A stretch of DNA of 64,000 bases from a virus. The stretch lies in IMG/VR virus record IMGVR_UViG_3300036768_001490, positions 96,001 to 160,000 of that record; one strand, given 5' to 3'. The position numbers and the translations under genes were made by a program. The notes under the pieces were generated by a model. That model made no database searches. It had not been told where the DNA came from and worked only from the letters and a program-made list of their open reading frames with translations. Every line of letters starts with the position of its first letter. Positions within the stretch are counted from its first letter, which is position 1. Below, one piece after another: positions 1 through 8,957 of this stretch.

Positions 1-85
1 TGACAGCCTTCGTGAGGCTCTCCAGCTCCGTGGTCAGGCTGTGGATTGCCCGTTGCTCCGGCGTAGGGCCAGAGGTGGGTGACAT
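1..85 (-). CDS. hypothetical protein, 5' part only (runs off the left edge)
   Basis: ATG at 83-85 with GGAGG upstream; open to the window edge (MSPTSGPTPEQRAIHSLTTELESL...). Confidence 0.4.
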   Translation of the reverse strand, partial: MSPTSGPTPEQRAIHSLTTELESLTKAV

Positions 86-388
86 CGGCGCGCCTCCGTT
101 TCCTTACGTTGGCCACCAGGGAATGGGAAAGGCTGGCCGGACGCTGTCTCCCCAGCTTCCCCAGGTGCTGGGGCACCGCCGCGCACCTTGCAGGCACGCG
201 CCACGAGCGGCCAGACGGCGTTCCGCTCGACCTCCTAGCCCCCGGCTTTTCGCCACGGGACCGTACCCGACCAGGGTAGCGCCATCCTAAACGCTCCCCG
301 GCACCCATAACCGGCCGACGCCAGCGGCAGGCAGCGGCCGGCCAGCGACACGCATTGTAACGGCGGGCAGCGCCACGGGGCCAGACCA

Positions 389-652
389 TCAGCCCACGGG
401 TCGCACGCAACGCCCCTCGGTGAAGCTGTGACAGTGGTACGGCCGGCCGCAGTCGCAGGAATGGGTCAACGTGGCCAGAACCCGGGACACGGCGGCCTTG
501 GAATGGGACCAGACCGGACCGACGCGCACGCCGCTGTAAAGGCATTCCGCGTACACGCAAAGCTGGTTCTGGCCCCTTTCGTTGCGGGACCGTGTGAAGT
601 GAACGACGGCAGGCGCCGCCCGGCGTGGCAGGAAATGTCGGCGGCTGGTCAT
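389..652 (-). CDS. small Cys/His-containing hypothetical protein
   Basis: 87-aa ORF on the coding strand; C-terminal CDCGRPYHCH. Confidence 0.45.
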   Translation of the reverse strand: MTSRRHFLPRRAAPAVVHFTRSRNERGQNQLCVYAECLYSGVRVGPVWSHSKAAVSRVLATLTHSCDCGRPYHCHSFTEGRCVRPVG

Positions 653-807
653 GGTCGGGGCACTCGGAAAAGAAACCGGCAGACGTCCGTGGCCTGCCGG
701 TTTCGACGGTACTCCTCCGCCCAGGAGGAGATGCGCATGGTCCCGCTCTCCTTCCAGTCTACCACCCGGGGCGCGAGCTTTCCAGCCCGCCCGACGCAGG
801 CCAGGGG

Positions 808-1683
808 CTAGACCTCCTGGACAATCTCCACACTATCGTCGGCCTGCAAGTTGACAGGGTAGAGGCCGTCCGGCCAGCGGCCCGAGGTTTCGTGGGTGAA
901 GGCCACGGCGTCCACGCCGCTCACCGTCACCGTGGCAGCGTCCCACAGGTAGTGGTCCAGAGCGGCCCGCACGTCCGGCTCATGCCGCCGCAGCCACTCC
1001 GCCGTCCGTCCCCGGGACTGCGCCAGCTTGCGATGGGCCTCGTGGCCGCGCAGGTTGTTATGAGTCACGCCGACCATGTGGTGATAGGTCAGGTCGCCCA
1101 ACGCGACCAGGCGCGGCCGCTGGCCGATGGTGTGCGGCCCGCTCAGAATCTCAACTGCCGGCGACAGACGGAAATGCCCCTCCGGGCAGGGGAACACGTC
1201 CCGCGGCCCCATGACCGTCGAGGGGACAACGCGCTCGGCAGCCGGCGCCCCAGGCACCTCGCAGTGGACCACAAAGACCTCGTTGCTGTCATGGAAGTAA
1301 TAGAGCGACCCCGCGAACGCGGTCAGCGCGTCCGGGAAGCGCAGCTGCCGGTCCACCTGCACCTCCAGGCGTTCCGGCTGGTTCAGGTTGTCGTCGTCCC
1401 AGACAGTGATGAAGTCGCCCCGTGCCTGGCACAGGGCGTACAGCAAGCCCTCGGACGGCTGGTACACGCCGCGCGCGAACACCTTGACCACGCCTTCCCC
1501 ATCCACGCGCTGGGAAACGAAGTCCTGCACCAGAGAGGCGTAGTCGTTCTGGTCGCCCACCACGATGACCAGCTCGCGCCGCGGATAGGTCTGCCGCTGA
1601 AAGTCCAGGATGGCGCGTTGCAGCTGCCCCCAGCGCTCCGGGCGGCTGCTGCACAGGCACGATACCAGGGGGCCGTCCGCCAT
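808..1683 (-). CDS. GT2-like glycosyltransferase
   Basis: N-terminal PLVSCLC...AILDFQRQTYPRRELVIV; ARGDFITVWDDD (DxD) motif. Confidence 0.78.
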   Translation of the reverse strand: MADGPLVSCLCSSRPERWGQLQRAILDFQRQTYPRRELVIVVGDQNDYASLVQDFVSQRVDGEGVVKVFARGVYQPSEGLLYALCQARGDFITVWDDDNLNQPERLEVQVDRQLRFPDALTAFAGSLYYFHDSNEVFVVHCEVPGAPAAERVVPSTVMGPRDVFPCPEGHFRLSPAVEILSGPHTIGQRPRLVALGDLTYHHMVGVTHNNLRGHEAHRKLAQSRGRTAEWLRRHEPDVRAALDHYLWDAATVTVSGVDAVAFTHETSGRWPDGLYPVNLQADDSVEIVQEV

Positions 1684-1708
1684 GCAAAGTCCTCCTCTCG
1701 CCTTCCAC

Positions 1709-2269
1709 CTAGACCGCGCCGCACAGGACCAGGGCGCTGGCGACCCGGTAGCCGTCCGGCTCGTTCACGTCCAGGGCCTCCACCAGCCCGACCGGGACAA
1801 TGTCCACGCGGACCGCCGGCGCCGGCGGCGCGGCGAACACACGCAGGCTGTCCAGCAGGACGTGCCCCTGCCGGAACAACCACGCCGGCTGGCACGCCGG
1901 ACTGCCGCCGTCCACGACCCGGGCGACGCACTCCTCGATCTTGGCCGCTGGCAAGAACGGAGTGGCAGGCCGCAGCACGGCCACGGCCGCGGCGCCGGCG
2001 GCCGGCCCCTGCGGCCCGCACAGCCAACTATCTAGACCGGCACGGTCGGCCAGCAGGTCCGCGGGGGCCGGCACCACCTCGACCTCCTCCGGCACCGCCA
2101 GCAGCTGCCGGGCCGTGTCTGCCAGGCCCGCGGAAACGACGCAGACGGACCGGTCCACGCCGCGGGCCTCCAGCAACTGCCCCAGGCACCAAGACAGCAC
2201 GGTCAGGTGCCCCAGGCGACGGAACGCCTGGTCGTCCTGGACAATCATGCAGGCCACCGTCCTGGCCAT
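1709..2269 (-). CDS. acylneuraminate cytidylyltransferase (NeuA/KdsB)-like protein, divergent
   Basis: LRPATPFLPAAKIEEC resembles the LQPTSP motif; C-terminal ALDVNEPDGYRVA resembles 'iDIDt.eD'. Confidence 0.55.
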   Translation of the reverse strand: MARTVACMIVQDDQAFRRLGHLTVLSWCLGQLLEARGVDRSVCVVSAGLADTARQLLAVPEEVEVVPAPADLLADRAGLDSWLCGPQGPAAGAAAVAVLRPATPFLPAAKIEECVARVVDGGSPACQPAWLFRQGHVLLDSLRVFAAPPAPAVRVDIVPVGLVEALDVNEPDGYRVASALVLCGAV

Positions 2270-2280
2270 CGCGCAGTCCC

Positions 2281-2874
2281 TTACGGCTGACCAGAAGAAG
2301 ACCAGCGCGGACGCCGCTCCGCCCTCCCCCGGCGCTCCACGCGCCCGTCCGTGTGGTAGATGGTGGACGACCCGTCATGCGGGTCCAGCGTGACCACCCG
2401 GTCGCGGCCAATGAAGGTGATGACCGCGTCCACCGGCACGTCCACCACGCCATCGTCACAAACAATCAGTCGGCCAGGGGTGCGGGCCGGGCCGGCCGGT
2501 CCCTTCCCAGACCACCCCTGACCATTCCCGCCGGCACCAGCAGCCGGCTGCGGCACCGGCCCGGGCTCCGTCAGCTGTTTCCTCTGTCCGTCCGGCCCCT
2601 CCAGAAAGCTCGACCCGTCCTCGTACAGCACAGCCCACCAGCCCCGCGCTCCTGCCACCGGCAGACGGCGCGGCCAGCGGCCAGGAGACGTCTCCTTCTC
2701 CTCCGTCTCTTCCACGCTGCCGGCCACCCCGGCCGACGACGTGGAAGGCACAGGAGAGGGAGCAGCGCCGTCCAGGATGACAGCCAACGCGACCAGCCCC
2801 AAGACAGCGGCGGCCGCCGCGGCGGCCAGCAGTCCAGGCCGCGCGGGCCAGCGGTCATGTCCCATCCCAACCAT
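2281..2874 (-). CDS. hypothetical membrane-anchored protein
   Basis: N-terminal hydrophobic helix LLAAAAAAAVLGLVALAVIL; in tandem with neighbouring genes. Confidence 0.5.
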   Translation of the reverse strand: MVGMGHDRWPARPGLLAAAAAAAVLGLVALAVILDGAAPSPVPSTSSAGVAGSVEETEEKETSPGRWPRRLPVAGARGWWAVLYEDGSSFLEGPDGQRKQLTEPGPVPQPAAGAGGNGQGWSGKGPAGPARTPGRLIVCDDGVVDVPVDAVITFIGRDRVVTLDPHDGSSTIYHTDGRVERRGRAERRPRWSSSGQP

Positions 2875-2885
2875 GTTGCTCCGCC

Positions 2886-3686
2886 TCAGACCAGGTCGTC
2901 TGCCAGCAGGCAGTCCCGGACGTCCGAGGGTACGCAGCGCAACAGGCTGTCCAGGTTCGCAATGCGCTCCCGGACCCGGTTGCGGTTGCGTAGGCGGCGG
3001 CAGCCCGGGACCGCCCGGTCCGCGCAGGAAGGCAGCTCCAGGAAGTCAAATACCCGCTGCATCTCCCTCTGATAGTCCCGCAGCAGGTCACGGTACTGCA
3101 CCTCCAGACGGTCGGCGCAGGAGGCCCGGACCTTGCCCAGGGTGGCGGCGTGGCAGCGGCAGAACTCCGTCACCTCGTCCGCGTCCAGGTGGACCGGAGC
3201 AGGACAGGCCGCCGGCGCCGCGTCCCAGCCGCGCGTCCACACACCGGAGCGCTCGGCCTGCTTGAGGCTCACCAGGCAAGCCACCGGATTGCGCAGGACA
3301 ACGACCAGGCAGAAGTCCCCCTCGCGGTAACGCGACTCGAACAGCTCCCACAGCTCCAGCCGGCGCACGTCCGGGTACAGCACGCGGAAGCCGACCGCGC
3401 GCTCCCCCCGAAGGGGACGGTCCAGGATGACATGGTTGATGTACTGCCAGGGGGACGTCACGCCTTCCTGGAACCACTCCGGCAGGTGCCGCGGCCACCG
3501 GCTGGGGCCGAAGTATTCCTCGTGGCTGGCCCGCCGGACCTTCTCGTCCGGGTGAAACAGGTCGCCGTGGCAGACCGCGACGTGCCCCGGACGGTTGTTC
3601 AAGGTGGACTGGACCACGCGGGAGCCGCTGCGCACTTCGCCCACGACCACGTAGTTCAGGACGCGGACGTCCTGTCCTAGCAACAC
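2886..3686 (-). CDS. sulfotransferase-like (P-loop) protein
   Basis: VVVGEVRSGSRVVQSTLNNRP (5'-PSB loop-like), VGFRVLY, VVLRNPVACLVS, VQYRDLL..MQRVFDFLEL. Confidence 0.62.
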   Translation of the reverse strand: MLLGQDVRVLNYVVVGEVRSGSRVVQSTLNNRPGHVAVCHGDLFHPDEKVRRASHEEYFGPSRWPRHLPEWFQEGVTSPWQYINHVILDRPLRGERAVGFRVLYPDVRRLELWELFESRYREGDFCLVVVLRNPVACLVSLKQAERSGVWTRGWDAAPAACPAPVHLDADEVTEFCRCHAATLGKVRASCADRLEVQYRDLLRDYQREMQRVFDFLELPSCADRAVPGCRRLRNRNRVRERIANLDSLLRCVPSDVRDCLLADDLV

Positions 3687-3711
3687 GGTCCGTCCCCCCT
3701 TTCCCTGACGG

Positions 3712-4767
3712 TCAGGACAGCAACTGGCCGGCAGTCCCTGCCACTACCTCGTCGGACGTCCGGGGCCTGGCCTCGATGCCGAAGCCGGCCAGCAACACGC
3801 GCAGGTGCATGGCCTCCTGCTCGTCCAGCTCCCAGCGGCCGTGGTACTCCTCCTCGCTGTGGCCGTACATGAACTCCTCCCGGGGAGTGACGTTGTGCCC
3901 GTGGTAGGCTGCCACGGACAGGCCGTTAAAGGGGAACTGGCCATTGTCCACGGCCACGGTCCTGTCGCCGTAGTTCTCCAGCCAGAACGCCTGGGCATCG
4001 TTCACGTCCACGTCCGGGAAGCGCGCCTGGGAAGAGCGGGGCACCAGCATGGTGTTGGGGATGCCCTCTTCCTGGTGGTGGACGTAAGCCGTGGCCGTGT
4101 TAATGTCCACGCGCATCTGGTGCGTGAGCAGGGAGGCATGCCCAGGACGGCGAAAGCACATCTGGTAAGCCAGCTGGAGCGGATGGTAGTAGTCATCGTC
4201 GTCCCAGCAGGGACGGACCCAGTCGCCGTCCGCCAGCTCCAGGCCAATGTTGCGCATCTGGCCCAGGGTGAGCCGCCGCGGCAGGCTGACCCGGCGCTCC
4301 TTGATGGCGAAGTGGGGCACCGTGGTCACGTCCAGGTCGGTCGTGTTGACGATGACCAGCTGCTTGCGCGGGTAGACCTGCTCCACGAACTGCTGCACGG
4401 CCTTGCGGGCCATGCGGATGCGCTCCCGCAGGCCAAAGACCAGGATGCACGTCACCAGGGGCAAGTCCTCCCCCAGGCCGGAAGGAGGCACCACGGACTC
4501 CTTGCCCGCGTGCGGGTCCACCAGGGGGAACGGGAACGCGGACAGCGGTGCCGGCAGAAGGCTGGCCCCGCCGACCTGCCCACCTGCCTCTTCCTCCTTC
4601 TTTTCCTCCGGGCCTCGGTAGTCCGGGCTGGGAGGGACCGGCCTACCGGCCCGAATCGCCTCGACCTGCTCCCGCGTCAGATGAGGGAAGATCTCCCCCA
4701 GACTAGCCTTGGCCATCTCGCCGATGGGAATCCGCGCACTACCTCGGATCGGCATGCCGTTGCCCAT
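3712..4767 (-). CDS. GT2-like glycosyltransferase with Pro-rich N-terminal extension
   Basis: PLVTCIL...FVEQVYPRKQLVIVN; LGQMRNIGLELADGDWVRPCWDDDD; start moved to ATG 4767 after GGAGG. Confidence 0.78.
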   Translation of the reverse strand: MGNGMPIRGSARIPIGEMAKASLGEIFPHLTREQVEAIRAGRPVPPSPDYRGPEEKKEEEAGGQVGGASLLPAPLSAFPFPLVDPHAGKESVVPPSGLGEDLPLVTCILVFGLRERIRMARKAVQQFVEQVYPRKQLVIVNTTDLDVTTVPHFAIKERRVSLPRRLTLGQMRNIGLELADGDWVRPCWDDDDYYHPLQLAYQMCFRRPGHASLLTHQMRVDINTATAYVHHQEEGIPNTMLVPRSSQARFPDVDVNDAQAFWLENYGDRTVAVDNGQFPFNGLSVAAYHGHNVTPREEFMYGHSEEEYHGRWELDEQEAMHLRVLLAGFGIEARPRTSDEVVAGTAGQLLS

Positions 4768-5359
4768 GTGTCGGATGCTCCCTCCAGAAAGAAAGGAGAA
4801 GGAAAGGACAGCGATGGGGCCGATGCCCCGCCGGACGGAAGGGACCACGCGACCGGGAACGGCAGAAGGGAAACGGACCGCCTGGTAAGGGTAAGGGGCT
4901 AAAGGGAAAGTTACCGTCACCGGCCGCGTGGACCCGTCCGTCCTGCCACAGGACAGCGGCGGACGACAGCATAACATAACCGGTCTTCCGACAAAAGCAA
5001 CTCGATTTTTGCAGGCAATGGTCCCCGCGGCAGGGACGGACCGGAAGCAAAAGAACGGGGCCGGCCACGTAGACAGTCATGACCGGCCCCAGCGGAGGGG
5101 AAGGAACGAACAGGTTGACAGCACTCGTACCCTTTGAGGAGGAAGGAGAAAGTTCCCTTGTGGCGGCCGCGCCGAACCGCCTTAACCCGCCAAGTACCCG
5201 CCCGGACAGCGTGCAGGCCAGCTGCTCCTCCCACCTTCGCCCCTGGTGGCAGCTTCCTTGCCCGGGTAGCCAGCCACAGCACGGCTGCTCCACCCCTGCG
5301 CCAGGACCGCCACGGCCTCCGTCATCCCAAACGCCGTCCGTGCCGGGAGGAAAAAAGCA

Positions 5360-5534
5360 ACAGGATGCAACCCCCACCGGGCGGGACAAGGTACAGGGAC
5401 AGATACCGACGCTACCGTGGCCGGCCACGGCCAGCCGGCCCACGCTCGGCTTCTTGCCTGGTCCGAGCCGGACATGACAGTCGCCACGGCACCGTGGTCC
5501 TGGTCCCGCCTGGCGCACTGCAAGAGTTGCGCCA
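5360..5534 (-). ncRNA. candidate structured RNA directly downstream of a sigma70-type promoter
   Basis: GGCGCA/UGCGCC 5' hairpin; GGCGGGAC/GUCCCGCC long-range stem enclosing several hairpins; ends in a U-run; no convincing ORF. Confidence 0.3.
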
Positions 5535-5540
5535 AGAGGG

Positions 5541-5569
5541 AGTGTAGAAAACGGCACGCGCACTGTCAA
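5541..5569 (-). promoter_or_regulatory. sigma70-type promoter
   Basis: TTGACA-17 nt-TACACT on the minus strand. Confidence 0.7.
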
Positions 5570-5691
5570 TAGGCCAGCTTCGACTTTTCTGCCAGGACGG
5601 ACCTGGGCTCCACCACCCCCACACCCACCTATTCCAGCCAGCCCTACACCAGCCGAAAGCGACCACAAGAAGACATGCCTTGCTGATAGCT

Positions 5692-5742
5692 AAGAAAAAG
5701 AACGACGCCCCAGCCGATCCGCTTCCTGCGAATCGGCTGGGG
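5692..5742 (-). terminator. intrinsic terminator; terminator half of the cassette repeat (copy A)
   Basis: CCCCAGCCGAT/ATCGGCTGGGG hairpin followed by TTCTTTTTCTT; same hairpin recurs near 6507, 7385 and 8660. Confidence 0.75.
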
Positions 5743-5768
5743 AGAGAGGAGTAGTCACTACATGGTGA

Positions 5769-6224
5769 CTACTCCATCACAGCCCTAACCTCCTCCATGA
5801 CGATGGAGGATGCCTTCATCCAGCGGATGAAGGCATCAAAAGAACTCGCTCTTTTGATGCCTTCCCTGGCCAGCTCCAACCTCCATCCTGGCGGACCATG
5901 CGTACCGTCCACCTGGATGGTCTCCCCACCCAGGCGGAACATTATCTTCCCATCCCTCGATGGGAAGAATGCAGCCCCCCCACTACCCTCCGTCAGCATC
6001 CTTGCCATTTCCGAGACAATCCTGTTCCCTTCCTGGGTTCTCACCTTCTCCCAGCCCCATAGGGCCGGGTGGTGACACTTCCTTTCCCTCCCGGCCAAGT
6101 CGGCCAGGAGGATGACCGCTACGTGGTGGTCGACGCCTTGGCGTCGACCTCCACGCCCTTGGCGGGAGATAATATACTCCTCTGCCGCTTGGCGGAGGAG
6201 TCCAAAGGTATTGGTGGTGGACAT
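5769..6224 (-). CDS. hypothetical protein, paralog of 6566..7102
   Basis: AAGGAGG SD; shares HPAxWGW and HGPPGWRLxxAREG with the neighbouring gene. Confidence 0.75.
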   Translation of the reverse strand: MSTTNTFGLLRQAAEEYIISRQGRGGRRQGVDHHVAVILLADLAGRERKCHHPALWGWEKVRTQEGNRIVSEMARMLTEGSGGAAFFPSRDGKIMFRLGGETIQVDGTHGPPGWRLELAREGIKRASSFDAFIRWMKASSIVMEEVRAVME

Positions 6225-6236
6225 AAGAGTCCCCTC

Positions 6237-6572
6237 CTTTGCGGCATCTAGCCGCAGTTGTGTGGTAATAAAAATTGGACAGGAACGTCCTGTCCACCTT
6301 TTGTGACATCAATGGAGAAGATATTTAGGCAGGAGGCGGAGCACCCTGGTCAGAGCAGGGAGCATGGCGCAGGTAGCGCGCCTGAGCCTGATGGGAAGTA
6401 CACTGGCCTGATTGGTGGGAAACGTCTCCCGTGCTTGCTGACCCACGCCAGACGAAAGCGACCACAGGAAAACATGCCTGGCTGATAACTAAGAAAAAGA
6501 ACGACGCCCCAGCTGGTCCGCTTCCTGCGGATCGGCTGGGGAAGAGGAGTAAGCCGCTACGCGGCTTACTCC
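6237..6572 (-). repeat. ~330-bp intergenic cassette repeat, copy B (terminator + upstream block + palindrome + RBS hairpin)
   Basis: Near-identical to 7111-7458 and 8424-8696 by direct reading. Confidence 0.92.
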
Positions 6573-7102
6573 TTTCGGATCTCTTCCGTGATACTCCTCA
6601 CGACCGTACTCCAGATGGGTAGGTCATGAGGGATGGATATTACGTGAATCATTCTAAGTTGGGGTGGATACCCCGCTGATCGGAGTAGCCCTTCACGGGC
6701 TACTCTTAACCTCCATCCTGGAGGTCCGTGCTCGCGGCCGAGCAGTACCCTGCGTCCGTCATCCGTGACGAACACCAGCCTTTCTATCTCGGGGTGAAAT
6801 ACCCCGCCGTAAAACGGCGGCGATCCCCCTACGCTGCAGCGTCTTGCGACGGCCCGGATCGCCATCGACCATACCTCAATCCTTGCTTTGGGCTGTTGGC
6901 CGCTGCCCCAGCCCCAGAAAGCCGGGTGGCGTGCGCATCCCTCCTCTTCTCCGGCCATGTCAAGCATGGCGATGGCCGCAGAGTGTGCTGCAAGCTCCTC
7001 CGAGGAAACGTCTTTGCGATCCAGCCCGGCGAGGCGTAGGTAGTATTCCTCGGCCATGTTTGCCGCCATTATGAACCTGGTGGTTTCGTGATGGGACATC
7101 AT
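6566..7102 (-). CDS. hypothetical protein, paralog of 5769..6224
   Basis: AAGGAGG SD; shared motifs; stop codon sits inside the GGAGTAAGCCGC hairpin. Confidence 0.75.
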   Translation of the reverse strand: MMSHHETTRFIMAANMAEEYYLRLAGLDRKDVSSEELAAHSAAIAMLDMAGEEEGCARHPAFWGWGSGQQPKARIEVWSMAIRAVARRCSVGGSPPFYGGVFHPEIERLVFVTDDGRRVLLGREHGPPGWRLRVAREGLLRSAGYPPQLRMIHVISIPHDLPIWSTVVRSITEEIRKE

Positions 7103-7110
7103 GGTGTCCT

Positions 7111-7458
7111 CCTTTGCGGCTGTGCCGCAGTTGTGTGGTAATAAAAATTGGACAGGAACGTCCTGTCCGCGGCATTTATTGTGACATCAATGGAGAAGAT
7201 ATTTAGGCAGGATGTGAAGCACCCTGGTCAGGGCAGGGAGCATGGCGCAGGTAGCGCGCCTGAGCCTGATGGGAAGTACACTGGCCTGATTGGTGGGAAA
7301 CGTCTCTCGTGCTTGCTGACCCACACCAGCAGGAAGCTACCGCGAGAAAACACGACGGGCTGATAGCTAAGAAAAAGAACGACGCCCCAGCCGATCCGCT
7401 TCCTGCAGATCGGCTGGGGAGAGAGAGAGAGGAGTAGTCACCGAGTAGTGACTACTCC
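7111..7458 (-). repeat. intergenic cassette repeat, copy C
   Basis: Near-identical to copy B. Confidence 0.92.
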
Positions 7459-8366
7459 TCTTCTTTCTTGCCGCCAATCCTCCTCATGGCCTCGGCGACG
7501 GACTGTCGTACTCTTTCGTTTTGGTCCAGCCTATACCTGTTCAAGGCTGGCACGGCGTCCTTGCCGTCCGGGCCGAGCTTGCCGATGGCCTTGCACACAT
7601 GCTCTCGGATCATCCTGTTCTCGAGGGCTTTGACAAGAACCGGCAGCAAGGCCCTACCCTTGGAGGGGAAATCATCCACGATCTCCCCGAGGACCTCGAC
7701 CGCTGCTACCTGGGCGATATAGTGAAAGTAACCCGAACTAGAGTTCGGGTCGGATGAGATCAGCTTGACCATCATGGCGACCGTTTCGCCATCGTCCGGC
7801 GACACGGCGCCAAGGGCCTTGACCAGGCCCCTCACGTTTACGGTCTTGCTGTCCAGGCAGCGCTGAAGCGCTGCCCTCATAAGCGGGGCAAGCGGCCGAG
7901 CACCACGCTTCATCTCTTTGACTTCGTCGGCCAACGCCAGCAACTCTCTTGGCTGGCCGACTGCAAAGACGACCGCGTACTTGTACAGGTCTGGGCGAAC
8001 CTGCCGCAACGCTTTGGCGGCAGCCTGCACAACCTCCTTGTTGTTAGCCGACACCGCCATCGCCTCACACAGGGCATAGGCAGACTCCTCTTCCCTGGAC
8101 TTTGCCAATGCCTTGGCGGCGATCTTCTCGGCATCCGTACCTTCATGGCGCGCAATGGCTTCCTTGCACTTGGCCTTCGCCTGCTCTCCTCTCACGTCGC
8201 AGCCGCAGCCGCATTGCCAACCTAGCTTGGCCGCTGCACATGCCCCGATCACCATCCCGATCACCACTCCGAGCAGCAGGGCGGGAATGATGCCCTTGCT
8301 GCGGGAAGTTGCCGGCTGCAGCAGCACGACTACCTTGCACGAGTCGAGGACGAAGATGGTGTTCAT
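7452..8366 (-). CDS. HEAT/ARM-repeat protein with N-terminal transmembrane helix
   Basis: TM IIPALLLGVVIGMVIGACAAA; HEAT-like units (VREHVCKAIGKLGPDGKDAVPAL; VRQSVAEAMRRIG). Confidence 0.7.
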   Translation of the reverse strand: MNTIFVLDSCKVVVLLQPATSRSKGIIPALLLGVVIGMVIGACAAAKLGWQCGCGCDVRGEQAKAKCKEAIARHEGTDAEKIAAKALAKSREEESAYALCEAMAVSANNKEVVQAAAKALRQVRPDLYKYAVVFAVGQPRELLALADEVKEMKRGARPLAPLMRAALQRCLDSKTVNVRGLVKALGAVSPDDGETVAMMVKLISSDPNSSSGYFHYIAQVAAVEVLGEIVDDFPSKGRALLPVLVKALENRMIREHVCKAIGKLGPDGKDAVPALNRYRLDQNERVRQSVAEAMRRIGGKKEEE

Positions 8367-8423
8367 AACGAACTCCCCAAATGGGCGACGCCCAACTGAC
8401 GCACATGCGTCAGTCGTGGTTAG

Positions 8424-8696
8424 ATTGGACAGGAACGTCCTGTCCGCGGCATTTATTGTGGCACCAATGGAGAAGATATTTAGGCAGGAGGCGGAGCACC
8501 CTGGTCAGGGCAGGGAGCATGGCGCAGGTAGCGCGCCTGAACCTGATGGGAAGTACACTGGCCTGGTTGGTGGGAAACGTCTCTCGTGCTTGCTGACCCA
8601 TGCCAGCCGGAGGCTACCACGAGAAAACATGCCGGGCCGATAGCTAAGAAAAAGAACGACCCCAGCCGATCCGCTTCCTGCAGATCGGCTGGGGGG
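8424..8696 (-). repeat. intergenic cassette repeat, copy D
   Basis: Near-identical to copies B and C. Confidence 0.9.
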
Positions 8697-8709
8697 AATG
8701 CGGGCAGCC

Positions 8710-8856
8710 CTAAACGGGCCACCCGCAGGTGGGACACTCCTCCGTGAAACACGGAGGAGTGTCCTCACCGCAGTGAGGACACCTGTCGGCCCCCACTGCC
8801 TCCTCCTCATCGAGGAGGATGTCGTCGTCGTACTCGAAGTCGTAGTAGTACATCAT
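8710..8856 (-). CDS. 48-aa acidic zinc-ribbon peptide (absent from the ORF track)
   Basis: TAAGGAGG SD; MMYYYDFEYDDDILLDEEEAVGADRCPHCGEDTPPCFTEECPTCGWPV; occupies a cassette slot between repeats. Confidence 0.65.
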   Translation of the reverse strand: MMYYYDFEYDDDILLDEEEAVGADRCPHCGEDTPPCFTEECPTCGWPV

Positions 8857-8881
8857 TTCCCCTCCTTAAGGGATAACGTTT

Positions 8882-8957
8882 ATTGGACAGGTACGTCCTG
8901 TCCACCTTTTATGACACCAGTGGAGGGGATATTTAGGCGGGGAGGATGGAGCGCCTG
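8882..8957 (-). repeat. partial cassette repeat, copy E (palindrome + CTAAATAT block)
   Basis: GGACAGGTACGTCCTGTCC and ATATTTAGGC match copies B-D. Confidence 0.8.

Noticed and set aside
625-3072. 815-aa plus-strand ORF (likewise 15460..17613, 33713..34684, 36655..38556, 61075..62379)
   Set aside because: Antisense shadows of real minus-strand genes in high-GC DNA; Arg/Pro/Ala-rich with no recognisable motifs.
5200-5300. SRP RNA or initiator-tRNA similarity (GGAAGCUGC; GGGGUGGAGCAGCC)
   Set aside because: Only short partial matches; the SRP helix-8 geometry and the tRNA cloverleaf cannot be built.
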